Source of the DNA: a virus
Virus record (IMG/VR): IMGVR_UViG_3300037486_000582
Location: 32,001 to 96,000 of that record
Reading direction: 5' to 3' (one strand)
Length of the DNA: 64,000 nucleotides
This document shows, one piece after another, positions 47,501-58,481 of the stretch (position 1 is its first letter; each line of letters begins with the position of its first letter). The notes under the pieces were generated by a model that ran no database searches, had not been told where the DNA came from, and saw only the letters and a list, made by a program, of their open reading frames with translations. The position numbers and the translations under genes were made by a program.

Positions 47501-50125
47501 GGGCGGCTTCACCGGCGACATCGCAGCTGCGATGTTCAACTCCGAGGGCAAACCAGACCCAGCGCCGCGCGGACAGCCCGGCGCGATGTGCCAGTCGTGC
47601 TCGCCACACAGCTCGGGCGGGCACGGGCACTTCATGCCGAGCATGCAGTCGACGGACGGGTCGCAGCACGGAAACAGGTCGCGCGCCTCGCAGGCGCACT
47701 CTCCGTCCTCGTTGAATAGCCCGTCCCAGCCTTCAGCCTCGACGGCCCGGACGACGAGGTCGCGGATCGACGCGGGCATCATCGCACCACCCCGAGAATG
47801 CGCTCCAGATCGGCCAGCGGAGGCCTGTCCTCGGTCGTGATTTCGCCCTGGTGCCCGAGCGGCCCGCCTTCGACGGCGACGGCAGCTACCCGCCCGGCCC
47901 GGTTGATCGCCGCGACGCAGTCGGTCGTCGCCGTCGGAGCGATGAACTCGGCGACGGCGACGCGGTAGTGCTCCAGCACCGCCCACAGCACGCGGCAGCG
48001 ATCGCGCCGTTCCTCGGCCAGCCGCTTCTGCCAGGCCAGGTCGCCGCCCAGAGCAGCCTCCAGCGCGTCCTGGGCAGCCTCGGCCCGGCGGACCGCCGCG
48101 TCGCGTTCCCGCTGCATCCTCTTGACGTAGGACTCGCTCATGACTCGAACCCCGGGAATCGCCGCAACCAACGGGCGGCGCCGGCGGCCGCCGCGACGGC
48201 GCCGTCGATGACCCACGCGAGGCACACCAGCCAGCGCGGGAACACGGTCGGGTGGTGGAACATGGTCGGCCTCCGGCCTGATCATTGCGCGGACCGGAGC
48301 CACAGCTCGGCGCCCGGGTCGCCATAGGCGGGCAGCCGCAGCGCGACTGCTGCTCCGACCACACGGGCCACGGTACTCGGGCGGGTCGCCCGGCCGACGC
48401 GGAACACACCGACCCCGTAGACAGCCACGTCCACGACCACGAGCCGCCCGGCCGCCGACCACTCCGGGACGTGGTCCGGCGTCCACTCCGGGGTCGTCAC
48501 AAACCAGCCTTCCCGCGACAGCAACGGGTTGAGGCAGACGACCTTCTGTCGACTGACCGCCCGGCCGAGCCGACGCACGCCCGTCGGCAGAAAGCCCTCG
48601 GCCCGGGCCGCCCGCTCCTCCAGCCAGACCGTGAGCCGGCCGCACCCCAGCCGCCACTCCGCGACGACCGTGTCCGGCAGCCGGTCGAGCAGCGCCCGCC
48701 GCAGAGCGTCGCCGTCGAGCTCGTCGAACGTCGAGACCGGAACCCGTCGGGCGCCCTCCGACGGCCCGCGCCCCGGCCAGAAGGGTCCGGCACCTGTCGT
48801 GTAGTCGATGCTGACGCTGTACCTGACCGACTTCTGCGTCGCCCACCAGCGGTAGGGCAGCCCCGCGCCTTCCCGTAGCCGAACCCGCCGCCGCCTGTTG
48901 TACCCGGTGCCCCGGCTCACGGCTTCGCCTGCTGCCCGAGGCGCCATGCGGCTTCGTCCGCGTCGCCCAACAGCCCGGGTGCGCGGATCAGCGCCATGCA
49001 CCGCACCGCGGCGAAGGTTCCGCCGATGAAGACCTCGGCCATCTTCTGCAACGCGGCGTGGTGCTTCCGGGCGGCGGTCACCATCAGGATGCTGTAGTCG
49101 CCCTGCACGTCGCGGGCGGAGATGACCCGCACGCCCCTGACCCCGTGGAGCCGCTTGATCGCCTTGACCACCGACGCCACCCCGCCGAGCCACTCGCCGC
49201 CGCGGTAGATGAACGCCTCCCTGTCGCCGTTGGCTCGGGCCAGGATGAGGACGTGCCCCTCCTTCGGGTTGAAGCCGAACGTGGGGAGCAGCTGCCCCGG
49301 CTCCCAGAAGTAGTCGCCGTGGCCGTCGGGCGCGTCATCATCGCCGAGGAGGAGCAGACCGTTCAGAAAGACGTCGGGCTTCCGCTTCGCCACGGCCCGG
49401 TCATTGCGCCCGCCGGGCGTAGTGACCGGCCAGCGCCGCGTCCCACAGCAGGAGCGGAATCCGCTGGCCGAAGCCGCCCGCCGCCGCCACGACCAGGCTC
49501 GAGTACCAGGACCAGCCCACGTCGTACAGACCGAGGCCGGCGACCTCGACCGCCATCCGGTGCGGGTTGAGCTCGCGCCCCACCGCGATGTACACGACGG
49601 GGCGCACCACCGAGAGCCGCACCTCCGCCTCGGCCTCGGGCGGCAGCCGCGAGAGCAGCATGTCCCACCCGTGCGCCCCCACGTCGAGGAGGCCGTGCCG
49701 GTTCAGGTCAGCCTCCGTCGGCTCGTCTGGCGACGGGGACAGGAACCGCAGCGCGAACACGCGCAAGCCCTTCATCGACGCGGTCATTGGGCGACCAGGC
49801 GGAGCTGTACCGCGCTGGCGAACAGGGACTTCACGCCGAACAGGCGGTAGGTCCGTCCCAGGCACAGCGCGACGTAGCCGGCGTCGCGGGCGGCCCGCAG
49901 GTTGGGGACGAAGAACGGAGCCGTGTCCACCTCGCGCTCGAACTTCAGGTCGAGCAGCAGGTCCGGCGGCAAGACCCGACGCTGTAGCGGGTCGCTTCGC
50001 GGCACCATCATCACGAGCTGGTGGGCCACTGGCCCGTAGAGCCGCGCCTCGGCCGACTCCACGGCAGCAGCCTCCACGGTGGGGGCGGTGGTCAGCAGCG
50101 CCCCGGTTCTGTCGATGAAGGTCAC
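44588..50125 (-). other. Run of small hypothetical ORFs (44588..44821, 44811..45053, 45050..45295, 45292..45549, 45561..45794, 45986..46324, 46324..46758, 46758..47057, 47054..47782, 47779..48141, 48282..48920, 48917..49393, 49401..49787, 49784..50125)
   Basis: Mostly head-to-tail ORFs with ATGA/GTGA overlaps or SDs; no function recognised. Confidence 0.5.
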
Positions 50126-50437
50126 GGCCGGGTCATTGAGCCGGCCCGCGGCGCAGCACGAAGCAAAGCCGTCGAAAGGGTGCCGGGTCAAAGCCAGAGT
50201 CGGTGCGGAGCCCGTTGTGCGGCCAAGGACGGTGGCTCAAGTCCGCGCAGAAGGGCGGCTGCTCGGGGCGGTGGCGCATTGGCGGCAGCGCGCCGACCCC
50301 CACCCGAGCAGCGCCGTCGGGCCGGAGCCGCGCCGTCTTCGCAGAATCGGCGCGGACTGCGTGCGGGGCGCAAGGGGTGAGTTCAGGGTGCGGATGGAGG
50401 AGCACGTTAGCACCCACCGCCCCGGCCACGGCCGGCG

Positions 50438-50453
50438 GCCCCCCCGGGGGGGC
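50438..50453. repeat. Palindrome GC7G7C in a long non-coding gap
   Basis: GCCCCCCCGGGGGGGC. Confidence 0.6.
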
Positions 50454-50810
50454 GGTTTCGTCAATGATATGGAGGGTTTAGCTCCGGCAGCGGAGCCCGG
50501 CCTGGAGGGGCAACCCCTCCAAATCGTTAGGGTGACTCCGGCCGGATGCGGGTCTGGCGCCAGGCCGGCGGCTGGCCGCCGCCGGAGTGCTGCTGGAACG
50601 GCCAGCCGGCCTGGCGCCTCGGTGGGCGCGGCACGGGGTCGGGGAGGCCACAGGACGGCGTTCTCTACTCGCGCGCCCGCGCGCATCCCGTCGCGGCCGG
50701 CCCCGACAGGCCGGCTCACCGCGGAATCGGTGTACAGTCTGTGAGGTCGTGGCTCCGCGCGGATGGACCTACAACCGCGCCAAGTGTTCGGAGTCTGTAC
50801 GGAAGCGCCC

Positions 50811-50890
50811 CGGTCTGCATGTTCTACAGGCGGTCTGCATGTTCTACAGGCGGTCTGCATGGTCTGTAGCCGGTCTGCATGTTCTACAGC
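50811..50890. repeat. 20-bp tandem repeat x4 (iteron-like), followed by a 9-bp repeat x3 (50892-50917)
   Basis: CGGTCTGCATGTTCTACAGG x2, CGGTCTGCATGGTCTGTAGC, CGGTCTGCATGTTCTACAGC; then TGGTGAACA/TGGTGAGCA/TGGTGAAC. Confidence 0.9.
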
Positions 50891-50945
50891 GTGGTGAACA
50901 TGGTGAGCATGGTGAACCGCGGCAGGCAGCCTCGTCCGCCCGCGC

Positions 50946-51761
50946 TCACGGCTTGCGCGGCTCGCCCTTGGGCGGCGGGTCCACGACGTAAGCCTCGACC
51001 CGCACGAGGCCTTCCTGGGCTCGGACGCGCTCGAGCGCCCGGGAGGCCATGTCGATGACGCGCTCGGCGTCGTCCATGGACATGCGGTCGGCCTGGATGC
51101 CGAGTATCTCGGTCGGCGCGCCGAGGAGGAGGCGCTCCATTCGCATGGTGGTCTCCGCGGCTTCGGCCGCGGTCTTCGCCAAGTACCCGCAGCTCGAGAC
51201 GAACTGCAACGTCTGCGCGGGCGTCAGCAGCACATCGCCAGCGTCCAGCGACTTCTGCAGCGCCTGCGCACGGGCCACGCCCGCTCGGAGCAGGTGGCTT
51301 GTCGTGCCCATCAGGGCAATGGTGTTGCCGCGGGACAGCTGGACCATCTGTCCTTCCTGAGCTCGTGCCCGGGCTGCGTCGAGCGCGGCCGCTTCCGCGT
51401 CCAAGGCCAGCTTCCGTGCGGCTTCGGGATGGAGCCCCTGCGGGGAGGCCTGGAGTGCTGCCATAGAACCCGGCGTCTGCACGGAAGCTGTATCGCCGCC
51501 GGGCGTCTGCACGCCCCCACCATCGGCCTGAAATCGGATCGCCCTGGCCAGCCGTTGCTCCTGCTCCAACACGTCCCGAATCGGCGGCCACCGGCGGGCC
51601 GGCCAGCCCCTAAGTAGTGCTAATCGTGCCGTTTTACGCGCGACCCCCGCCGCCTTCGCAGCAGCACTGACGTTTCCGGGTACGGCACGAAACGCAGCGA
51701 GCAGCGCGTCATAGACCTCCCGCTCGATTGGCTTGCACAGGGGTTCTGACTTCTCGCTCAC
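50946..51761 (-). CDS. HTH protein, putative terminase small subunit
   Basis: GTG start with SD GGAGG; GNVSAAAKAAGVARKTA HTH; helical middle; ERLLLGAPTEI C-terminal motif of TerS-like proteins. Confidence 0.55.
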   Translation of the reverse strand: MSEKSEPLCKPIEREVYDALLAAFRAVPGNVSAAAKAAGVARKTARLALLRGWPARRWPPIRDVLEQEQRLARAIRFQADGGGVQTPGGDTASVQTPGSMAALQASPQGLHPEAARKLALDAEAAALDAARARAQEGQMVQLSRGNTIALMGTTSHLLRAGVARAQALQKSLDAGDVLLTPAQTLQFVSSCGYLAKTAAEAAETTMRMERLLLGAPTEILGIQADRMSMDDAERVIDMASRALERVRAQEGLVRVEAYVVDPPPKGEPRKP

Positions 51762-52021
51762 GGGGACCGCCTCCGTTGTCCACACGACTGTACTCGACCT
51801 GGGGCCGGTCATCCAGCCTGACAACGGGGTGCGCCCGCTTCTGCACCCGGCGCCGTCACCGCGGCCGGGTACACCGGGCAACCACCCAAGCCGGCCGCGC
51901 TGCTCCGTCCGTCCTACTTCCCCGTCCTGTTGCTCACGGGCCGCCGAGGGCTTGGCCACTGGATACGCTGGCCACCACCCGGTAGAGTTCGGGGCGTGGG
52001 CTGGGAAGGAGCCACGCGACG

Positions 52022-53161
52022 ATGGCACGACTGACGGAAGCGGAGATGCTCGGAGCGCTGGACGCCGGGCGGGTGGTATTCCTGCTCGAGCCGCCGCATC
52101 GGCGGAAGCACATCCCGATGGGACTCGCGCGGATCGCGGGTTATCTACGGCTGGCTGGGAAGGCGCCGCGGTACGGGCGGTGGCTGAACCGTGGCGACGC
52201 GGACGTGGACCTGGTCTGCGTGGGGTCGTTGTGGACGCAGGACTTGACCATCCTCATCCAGTCCATCGACCGGGCGAGGCGAGTCGCGCCGCGAGCTCGC
52301 ATCGTGGTTGGCGGGGTACTGGCGTCGCTCATGCCCGACCTTGTGGCCGGGGCGACCGGGGCCGACGTCTTCTGCGGCACCTCCCCGGTACTGGACGCGG
52401 TCCGTCCCGACTACTCGCTCGCCTGGCGGCCCGACCCCAAGTTCGAGACGGCCGCCTTCGTCTACACGACCCGCGGCTGCCCAAACTCCTGCCCATACTG
52501 CGTGGTCGGACGCATCGAGCGGCCCCGCTACGTCGTCGAGGGGTGGCGTGAGCAGATGGTCGTCCGCGGCAAGGACACGGTCCTCGTCAGCGACAACAAC
52601 CTGCTCGCGTGGCCCGACGCCCACTGGACCGCCGTGCTGGACGCCGTGGAAGCGTCGGGACTCAAGGCGTGCTTCGACAACGGCTTCGACTGCCACCGGG
52701 TCGACGACGACGTGGCCGCACGGCTGGCCCGGCTTCGGTACGGGCTGTCGGGGCTCCGCATGAGCTTCGACCGGGTCGGCGACGACGGCGTGTTCCAGTC
52801 GGCGGCCCGCCGGCTCATCAAGGCGGGGTGCCACGTCGAGGACATGATGGCGTTCGTGCTCTACAACTTCCACGACACGCCGGCGGAGGCGCACTACAAG
52901 CTGATGGAGGTCCTCCGGCTCGGCATCCGCCCGTACCCGCAGCAGTACGTCCCGCTGGACAAGATCGAACGGGCCGGCAAGCACGTGGGCCGTTACTGGA
53001 CGGACCGCGCGCTCGGCGCCTTCCGCTTCTACTGGCTGATGCGGGGCATCCACAACAAGGAGACGCTCCCCGCCTGGCTCCGGCGGGCAGGGGCGCGCCA
53101 GTGCCGGCTCGGGCCTCGCGACCTGGACATCCTCATGCCGCTCACCGACTGGGTCCGATAG
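52022..53161 (+). CDS. Radical SAM protein with N-terminal cobalamin-binding-like domain
   Basis: PMGLARIAGYL, IVVGGVLAS, TTRGCPNSCPYCVV, DNNLLA, DNGFD; SD AAGGAG. Confidence 0.85.
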   Translation: MARLTEAEMLGALDAGRVVFLLEPPHRRKHIPMGLARIAGYLRLAGKAPRYGRWLNRGDADVDLVCVGSLWTQDLTILIQSIDRARRVAPRARIVVGGVLASLMPDLVAGATGADVFCGTSPVLDAVRPDYSLAWRPDPKFETAAFVYTTRGCPNSCPYCVVGRIERPRYVVEGWREQMVVRGKDTVLVSDNNLLAWPDAHWTAVLDAVEASGLKACFDNGFDCHRVDDDVAARLARLRYGLSGLRMSFDRVGDDGVFQSAARRLIKAGCHVEDMMAFVLYNFHDTPAEAHYKLMEVLRLGIRPYPQQYVPLDKIERAGKHVGRYWTDRALGAFRFYWLMRGIHNKETLPAWLRRAGARQCRLGPRDLDILMPLTDWVR

Positions 53162-53172
53162 GTGGGAGCGGG

Positions 53173-53239
53173 GTCTGCATCGTCTGCACCTGGTCAGCAT
53201 CGTCTGCACCGGTCAGCATCGTCTGCACGGCGTCTGCAA
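53173..53239. repeat. GTCTGCA / CAGCATCGTCTGCAC repeat cluster
   Basis: Five GTCTGCA copies right after the radical SAM stop. Confidence 0.7.
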
Positions 53240-53280
53240 GCTGGCGAGCGGTCACCGCTTCGGCGGACGCGGAAGGTCGT

Positions 53281-55851
53281 CTACCACGACCAGGTCGGCC
53301 CGCCGACGCCCCGAGGACGCTGGAGCAGGGCGACCCGGCGCTTGAGCGTCCGATGGTGCCACCAGCACCGCGCCATGTACGGGGTCGTCGGGTCGCGCCG
53401 TCTGCACGAGGAGCACGCGCTTTCGGCTGCGTAGGCGCCGGGGTCCACAGCCCAGCCGTACTCCATGGCCGCCTGCGTGATGGTCGTCGCGTCCTGACCC
53501 GACTTGTCGAAACCGGGCAGGAAGCCCAGGTAGGCCGAACACCCGTCGCGTTTCCCCACGGCGCGGACGCAGACGTGGAGCCGGCCGCTTCCCCTCGGGC
53601 CGTCCGAGTACTTCGCCAGGAAGCGCCAGCCGATCGCCAACGGGAACGTCTGGCCAAGCCGGAGCAGCGCCGCCTTGTCCGGCGGCAGCACGTCGCACAC
53701 CCGCTGGAGAAGCGCGCTCGCGACCACCGCGAGCGTCACCGGAGGCGCGATGACGAGTGGTCCGGGCCGGCTCACTTCAGCACGTTCCCGTCCCAGCACA
53801 CCGACACGCAACACCCGAGCAACGCCTCCCTCAACAGCTCCCTGGCCCGCTTGCGTCGGACGGAGCCGAGCCGATACGTCCGTCCCAGCACCCTCACCAG
53901 CGCGTGCAGATTGAGCTGCCGAACAACGACGTGCCCTCCCGGCTTCCGTCGCCGGTGCTCCCTGGTCTCAACCGTCACCACCGCGCACGCCCGCTCGCCG
54001 AGACGGATCGCTGCTCCGGTCGCGTCGGGCAGACGGCGAAGCACCACGCCGGTCAGGATGGCTTGCTTCGCCAGGTTCCAATCGGTCATCCGACGGGCAT
54101 TCGTGTACCCCCATCTGTCCACGAGCGCCCCGCCGTCGAAGGTCATGTAAGCCCGGAACAAATCGCCTTCCAAACTCGTTCGGAGCACGATACCATCTTC
54201 GCCTTGCTGCTCGCATAGTTGCGTGGTTTGTTGCCCCGTTTGTTGCCCCGTTTGTTGCCCCATCAGTACGCCCTCACGACAGCCACCCACGGTCGTAGTT
54301 GAACAGGGCGCCTTTCGGGGTCTCCGCGGCCCCGTCCTCGTACCCAAGGCCGAGCGTCTGCGCGCAACTGGCTACCGCTGTCGGCGTGCCCCACCCGTGG
54401 CACCCACCAAGCGAGTAGCACTCGTTGTCGACGACCAGGACGACGTGCCAGACGAACGGGTGGCGGAGCTCGAGCTGGCCGCACAGGAACTCGGTCAAGA
54501 CGCAGAGCGTCCCCTGTGTACCGAGCCGAAGGGCTGCCTGGACGGCTTCCGGAAGCAGCGCCCGCAGCCGCCCGGCCGACACCTCCAAGTCCTTCACGTC
54601 GTCCCCGGTGCCGGGAAACAAGACGTCGCAGAGGTTCCGCCCGCTCCTGTCCTCGCCCACGAACTCCCGCCGACGGAACGGCATCCTCACGCCTCGTCTT
54701 CCGGCATTGGCTGGTCCGGCTGCTCGTCGCTCATGCTCCGCGTCCGGAACTCCACGGACCAGCCAACGGCCCGCGCCGCGGTCAGGTACTTGCGCGCAGT
54801 CTTGGCCATCAACAGCGTCGACACCCGCGTCCAACGCTCGTTGGAACTCAAGGTCCGTGCCCAGACAACGTAGTTGATCCGCGCGTACGGCTTGCCGCGC
54901 ACGGTCACCGTCTCGATCATAAGCGCCACGAGCTCGCCGAGCCGAGCGGCCGCCTGACCCACCATTGGCAACTTCCGCACGATCCGCCTGTGGATGCGCA
55001 GCCCCTCAGCCTTGGAAATAGAGACCTGACGATCCAGCCAGTGCGTCACGGCCGCCTCGTCCCCCTCCAGAGCGCCCGCGCCTCTTGACGTGGCACCCGG
55101 AGCTGAATGTGGCACTCGAACGCAGCAGCCACAAGGCGCCGGAAACCCTCGGTGTCGGCGCGGTCCAAGCACCCGACCCGATACGTCCTCCCATCGAGCG
55201 ACGCGTAGGCGAACGACAGGCTGTTCCTGTGCTCGAACCACATGTTGACGCGCGCCCCGCCGCCTAGCCTCACCTCGGCCGCTATCTCCGGTGGCAGAAA
55301 CCCGAGCAGCGCGCCGACCAGCCCGGGCGTGTCGTTTCCGGCCGCCTCCACGAAGGCGTCGTGCATGCGCTCGAACGGGTTCCCCGGGAGTCGGTGCCGC
55401 TGCTTGGGCATCACCACCACTCCACATCCCCGTGCCCACGGTCAACCCCAATGCACCAGCGACGCCGGATGGCGTCGAACGCCAGCGACAGCCGCGCCCC
55501 GGGCCGGACCGCACCCTCCAGCCCGTCCGCCTGCACGGGGTCGATGTTCAGGAGCTGGACCTCCGTCGTGCTGATGTCCGTGTCCGCCGCCTCCCCGCTG
55601 GTCGGCCGCATGACCTGGGTCAACGCGACGAAGCCACGGCCCGCCCACCATCGCTTCCCGGCCAAAGGTGGCCCGCCGTCGTCGCAGAGGAGGAGCAGGA
55701 GCGCCGGGTGGTGCGAGAGCCCCGTCTCGAGTGCCGACAGGACCACGAAGCCGGTCGCCGGGCCGCCGCTCAGTCGGTAGGCGGCGACCGCCTCTGGCGG
55801 AGCGTGGTGATCGAGCAGCGCGGCCAACTTCTGGCGCACGTCAGCCCCCAT
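53281..55851 (-). other. Run of hypothetical ORFs (53281..53775, 53772..54263, 54274..54690, 54687..55049, 55046..55420, 55411..55851)
   Basis: Coupled starts/stops; 12-nt repeat x3 (GQQT) at 54227-54261. Confidence 0.5.
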
Positions 55852-56920
55852 CCCCTCCGGCCGCCGGGAGGGCCAAGTCGAGCGCCACGACGTCCTCGAC
55901 TGGAATGGCGTACACGAGATTCCGGAAGTTCATCCACGCGTCGGACCCGATGACCGGGCGCCGAACTCCGGATCGGACGTCGACCGCAATCGCTCGGTCC
56001 GCCGATATGGCGAGCGCCGCCTCTCGGTTCCTGTACAGCCCGCACTTTCGGCACCCGACGACCTGGATGTAATCGCTTGGGAGGATGCTCGTTGCGAACC
56101 CGCGCACCGTCCTGTAACCCGGGCAATCCGGCGAGCACGAGAGCCGGCGAGCCCGTCGTTGCAGGTCCGGTGTCGCTGTACTCGCCGCTGGATCGCCTCC
56201 GGGCGCATCGCCGGAGCCGCCGCACCGATCACAGGGCCAGCTGTGGTAGCCGACGTAGTCCGTGTGGCTCACGACACCGCCGCCGCTGCAGGCTGGGCAC
56301 GGTTCCACACCCAGCCGCCGGGTCGCTGCCCGCGCCACTGCTGCGCCAAGCCGGTCCAAGAGCACCGCCTCCTCGATTCGCGCCGGCTCTAGGAGTCCCC
56401 GGATCAACGTCGCCTCGTCCGCCGTCAGCGTCAGCGTGATCGCCCGTCCGTGCGGCGGCCCGCTCGCGACCAGCCCGGTCATCAGGAGCACCGACCGCAC
56501 GTCCGGCATCTCTTCCGCCCTGATGTAGACGGTCGGGGTGCCGTCGTACAGGACACCGAGCGCGCGGCACACGTCCTCGGCCGCCGCGTTTCTGCCGGCG
56601 TCCGTGACGTGTTGCTCGCGAACAGTCTCCGACGCCAGACGGTACGAGGAGCCGCCCCGCCCACGGAGCCTCTCGAGCCACCCGATGTCGACGAGGTAGC
56701 CGAGCAGCACACGCACCTCCTGGTACGAGCCTTGGACACGCATCCGCACGTCGGGGTCGTCCTTCCCGGAGTTCGACGGTGGAAGCCCGCACCGCCGGCC
56801 GACGTTGGTCGCTGTCAGCCCGTCCTTGCGCTTCGACCGCCGCACCGCGGCCATCACGCGAGCGGTCAACTCCGGGTTCTGTTCGTGAAGCTGCATGGTC
56901 CCGTTCCCCACCGCGCTCAT
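55841..56920 (-). CDS. Hypothetical protein with wHTH-like and CxxCxGxG zinc-finger segments
   Basis: VRVLLGYLVDIGWL..SYRL; CPACSGGG..CDRCGGSG. Confidence 0.55.
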   Translation of the reverse strand: MSAVGNGTMQLHEQNPELTARVMAAVRRSKRKDGLTATNVGRRCGLPPSNSGKDDPDVRMRVQGSYQEVRVLLGYLVDIGWLERLRGRGGSSYRLASETVREQHVTDAGRNAAAEDVCRALGVLYDGTPTVYIRAEEMPDVRSVLLMTGLVASGPPHGRAITLTLTADEATLIRGLLEPARIEEAVLLDRLGAAVARAATRRLGVEPCPACSGGGVVSHTDYVGYHSWPCDRCGGSGDAPGGDPAASTATPDLQRRARRLSCSPDCPGYRTVRGFATSILPSDYIQVVGCRKCGLYRNREAALAISADRAIAVDVRSGVRRPVIGSDAWMNFRNLVYAIPVEDVVALDLALPAAGGDGG

Positions 56921-57438
56921 TGAGCGCCCGCGCACCGAGCGCGGCCCGCCCAGTCCTCGAACACGACCACGACCGAGTAGAACCGTGCCTTGTCGAGCGG
57001 CACCCCATCCGGCCGCACGTACCGCAGCTTGTTGGGCAGGAACTCCAAGTGGAACGCGGGGTACACGAGGACGAGCCCACCGGCCGGAGGCTGATCCTGA
57101 GCGACGATGAACCTTCGCCACCAGACCTTCCCCGTCTTCGCAGGCAGAAGGGCGACAACGCGGCGAGCCCGCCCGGTCAGCACCTCCGCCCGCGCCTTCG
57201 TCACCCATCGCTGCTCGGCCGTTCCGTAGGGGCAGTTCATGTAGCAGACGCCGGCCCACGGCTGCGTCAGCCCGTCGTCGCGGGCGGTGAAGTAGGTCGG
57301 ACAGACGTGGAGCGCGTCGCTGGCGGCCACGTCCAGGTCGAACGCGCCGCCAGCCCACCGAACAGCCAGCGACTTCGCCAGCGCGGGCGGCGTGCCGAAC
57401 TCCGGGTCGGTCAGCGCCCAGCCGGCCGGCCGCCTCAT
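56917..57438 (-). CDS. Phage DNA N6-adenine methyltransferase (Dam, T1/HP1-type)
   Basis: EFGTPP, FDLDVAAS, YFTARDDGLTQPW, YMNCPYG, VALLPAKT. Confidence 0.8.
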   Translation of the reverse strand: MRRPAGWALTDPEFGTPPALAKSLAVRWAGGAFDLDVAASDALHVCPTYFTARDDGLTQPWAGVCYMNCPYGTAEQRWVTKARAEVLTGRARRVVALLPAKTGKVWWRRFIVAQDQPPAGGLVLVYPAFHLEFLPNKLRYVRPDGVPLDKARFYSVVVVFEDWAGRARCAGAQ

Positions 57439-57475
57439 CGACCCGCCCCGCCGCCGGCCGCTGGCAATCCGATGC

Positions 57476-57784
57476 TCACAGGCCCAGCCCGCCCAAGCGC
57501 CACTCCGCGTCCATGATGGACCAGGCACGGCCGACTGCAGCGCGCATCTCCCTGAAGGCTGCGCTCGCCGGCATCCCGAGGGTGATGGAGTCCACGACGC
57601 TCATCGACCGCCTGAAGCCGTCCCTGGTCTGCTTGCGAATGGGGGCGGAACAGTCCATTCCGCGGAGCCGCCGCACCTCGCTTGACAAGTACCAGCTCGA
57701 GCACCCCATTTGAATCGCTTCGCCGCAGAGCGCAAGCATGAGGTCGCGCAGCTCGTCGGCGGACGTGCGGTCGGTAACGGTCAC
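57476..57784 (-). CDS. Hypothetical protein
   Basis: GTGA-coupled; ends IMDAEWRLGGLGL. Confidence 0.45.
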   Translation of the reverse strand: MTVTDRTSADELRDLMLALCGEAIQMGCSSWYLSSEVRRLRGMDCSAPIRKQTRDGFRRSMSVVDSITLGMPASAAFREMRAAVGRAWSIMDAEWRLGGLGL

Positions 57785-58224
57785 AGCCCGCCTCCCAGGC
57801 GCCACTCCGCCTCCATGATGTTCGCCGCCAGCAGCAACCGCTCCAGAGCAGCGGCCACTTCGTCGGGGTGCGGCCGGGCCGCCACGGCGAGCTGGCAAAC
57901 GTACCGAGCGTGCGTGATCAGCTCCCTGTCCTTCGGAGGCCACAACACACGGCCAGCCGGCCCGCGCGGGCCACGGGCTTTCAGGTACGCCACGTCCGTC
58001 CAGAAGTTGTTGACCCGGACGAGCGTGTCGGACGGCTTCCAGGCCTGCCGGTGCTCGGGGTCGTCTTCCGTCGGCTCGTTCGCCAGGCGCGCGGCCACGC
58101 GGGACAGGGCGGCGACCTGGTCCGGCCAGAGGTCGGAGCCTCTTGGCGCCGAGCGGTTCCATCCGAGCAGCCAGTCCACAAGCCCGGGCAACTCGGCACA
58201 GACGGTGACCCGCGCGGTCGGCAC
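57781..58224 (-). CDS. Hypothetical protein
   Basis: SD GGAGGAGG; ends IMEAEWRLGGGL. Confidence 0.5.
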   Translation of the reverse strand: MPTARVTVCAELPGLVDWLLGWNRSAPRGSDLWPDQVAALSRVAARLANEPTEDDPEHRQAWKPSDTLVRVNNFWTDVAYLKARGPRGPAGRVLWPPKDRELITHARYVCQLAVAARPHPDEVAAALERLLLAANIMEAEWRLGGGL

Positions 58225-58481
58225 TACCTCCTCCGCCCGCCCTGCGCCTTCGTCGGCCCGCCGAGCGCCTTCGCGTCCCGCATGAGCGCCGCGTGCTCGA
58301 CCCGCTGCGCTCCGGCCGCCGCGGTCAGTTGCTCGGCCAGTTGACCGCACCCCGCCGCGTAGTCCAGCGTCACACGCATCCACGTCTGAAGCGGCATCCC
58401 GTTCGCCGCCGCCGCCTGTCGCCAAGACAGCTCCTCCGCCTCGGACATCTTGAGGCTGGTCTGCCTGTCGTAGAGCCCCAT
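58224..58481 (-). CDS. Putative ribbon-helix-helix DNA-binding protein
   Basis: QTSLKMSEAEELSWRQAAAANGMPLQTWMRVTL; SD GGAGG. Confidence 0.55.
   Translation of the reverse strand: MGLYDRQTSLKMSEAEELSWRQAAAANGMPLQTWMRVTLDYAAGCGQLAEQLTAAAGAQRVEHAALMRDAKALGGPTKAQGGRRR

Noticed and set aside
50811-50917. CRISPR array
   Set aside because: Repeats are directly abutting 20-mers with no unique spacers, and no cas genes are present
54227-54261. 12-nt repeat as a regulatory element
   Set aside because: In-frame GQQT expansion at a protein N-terminus; best explained as coding slippage
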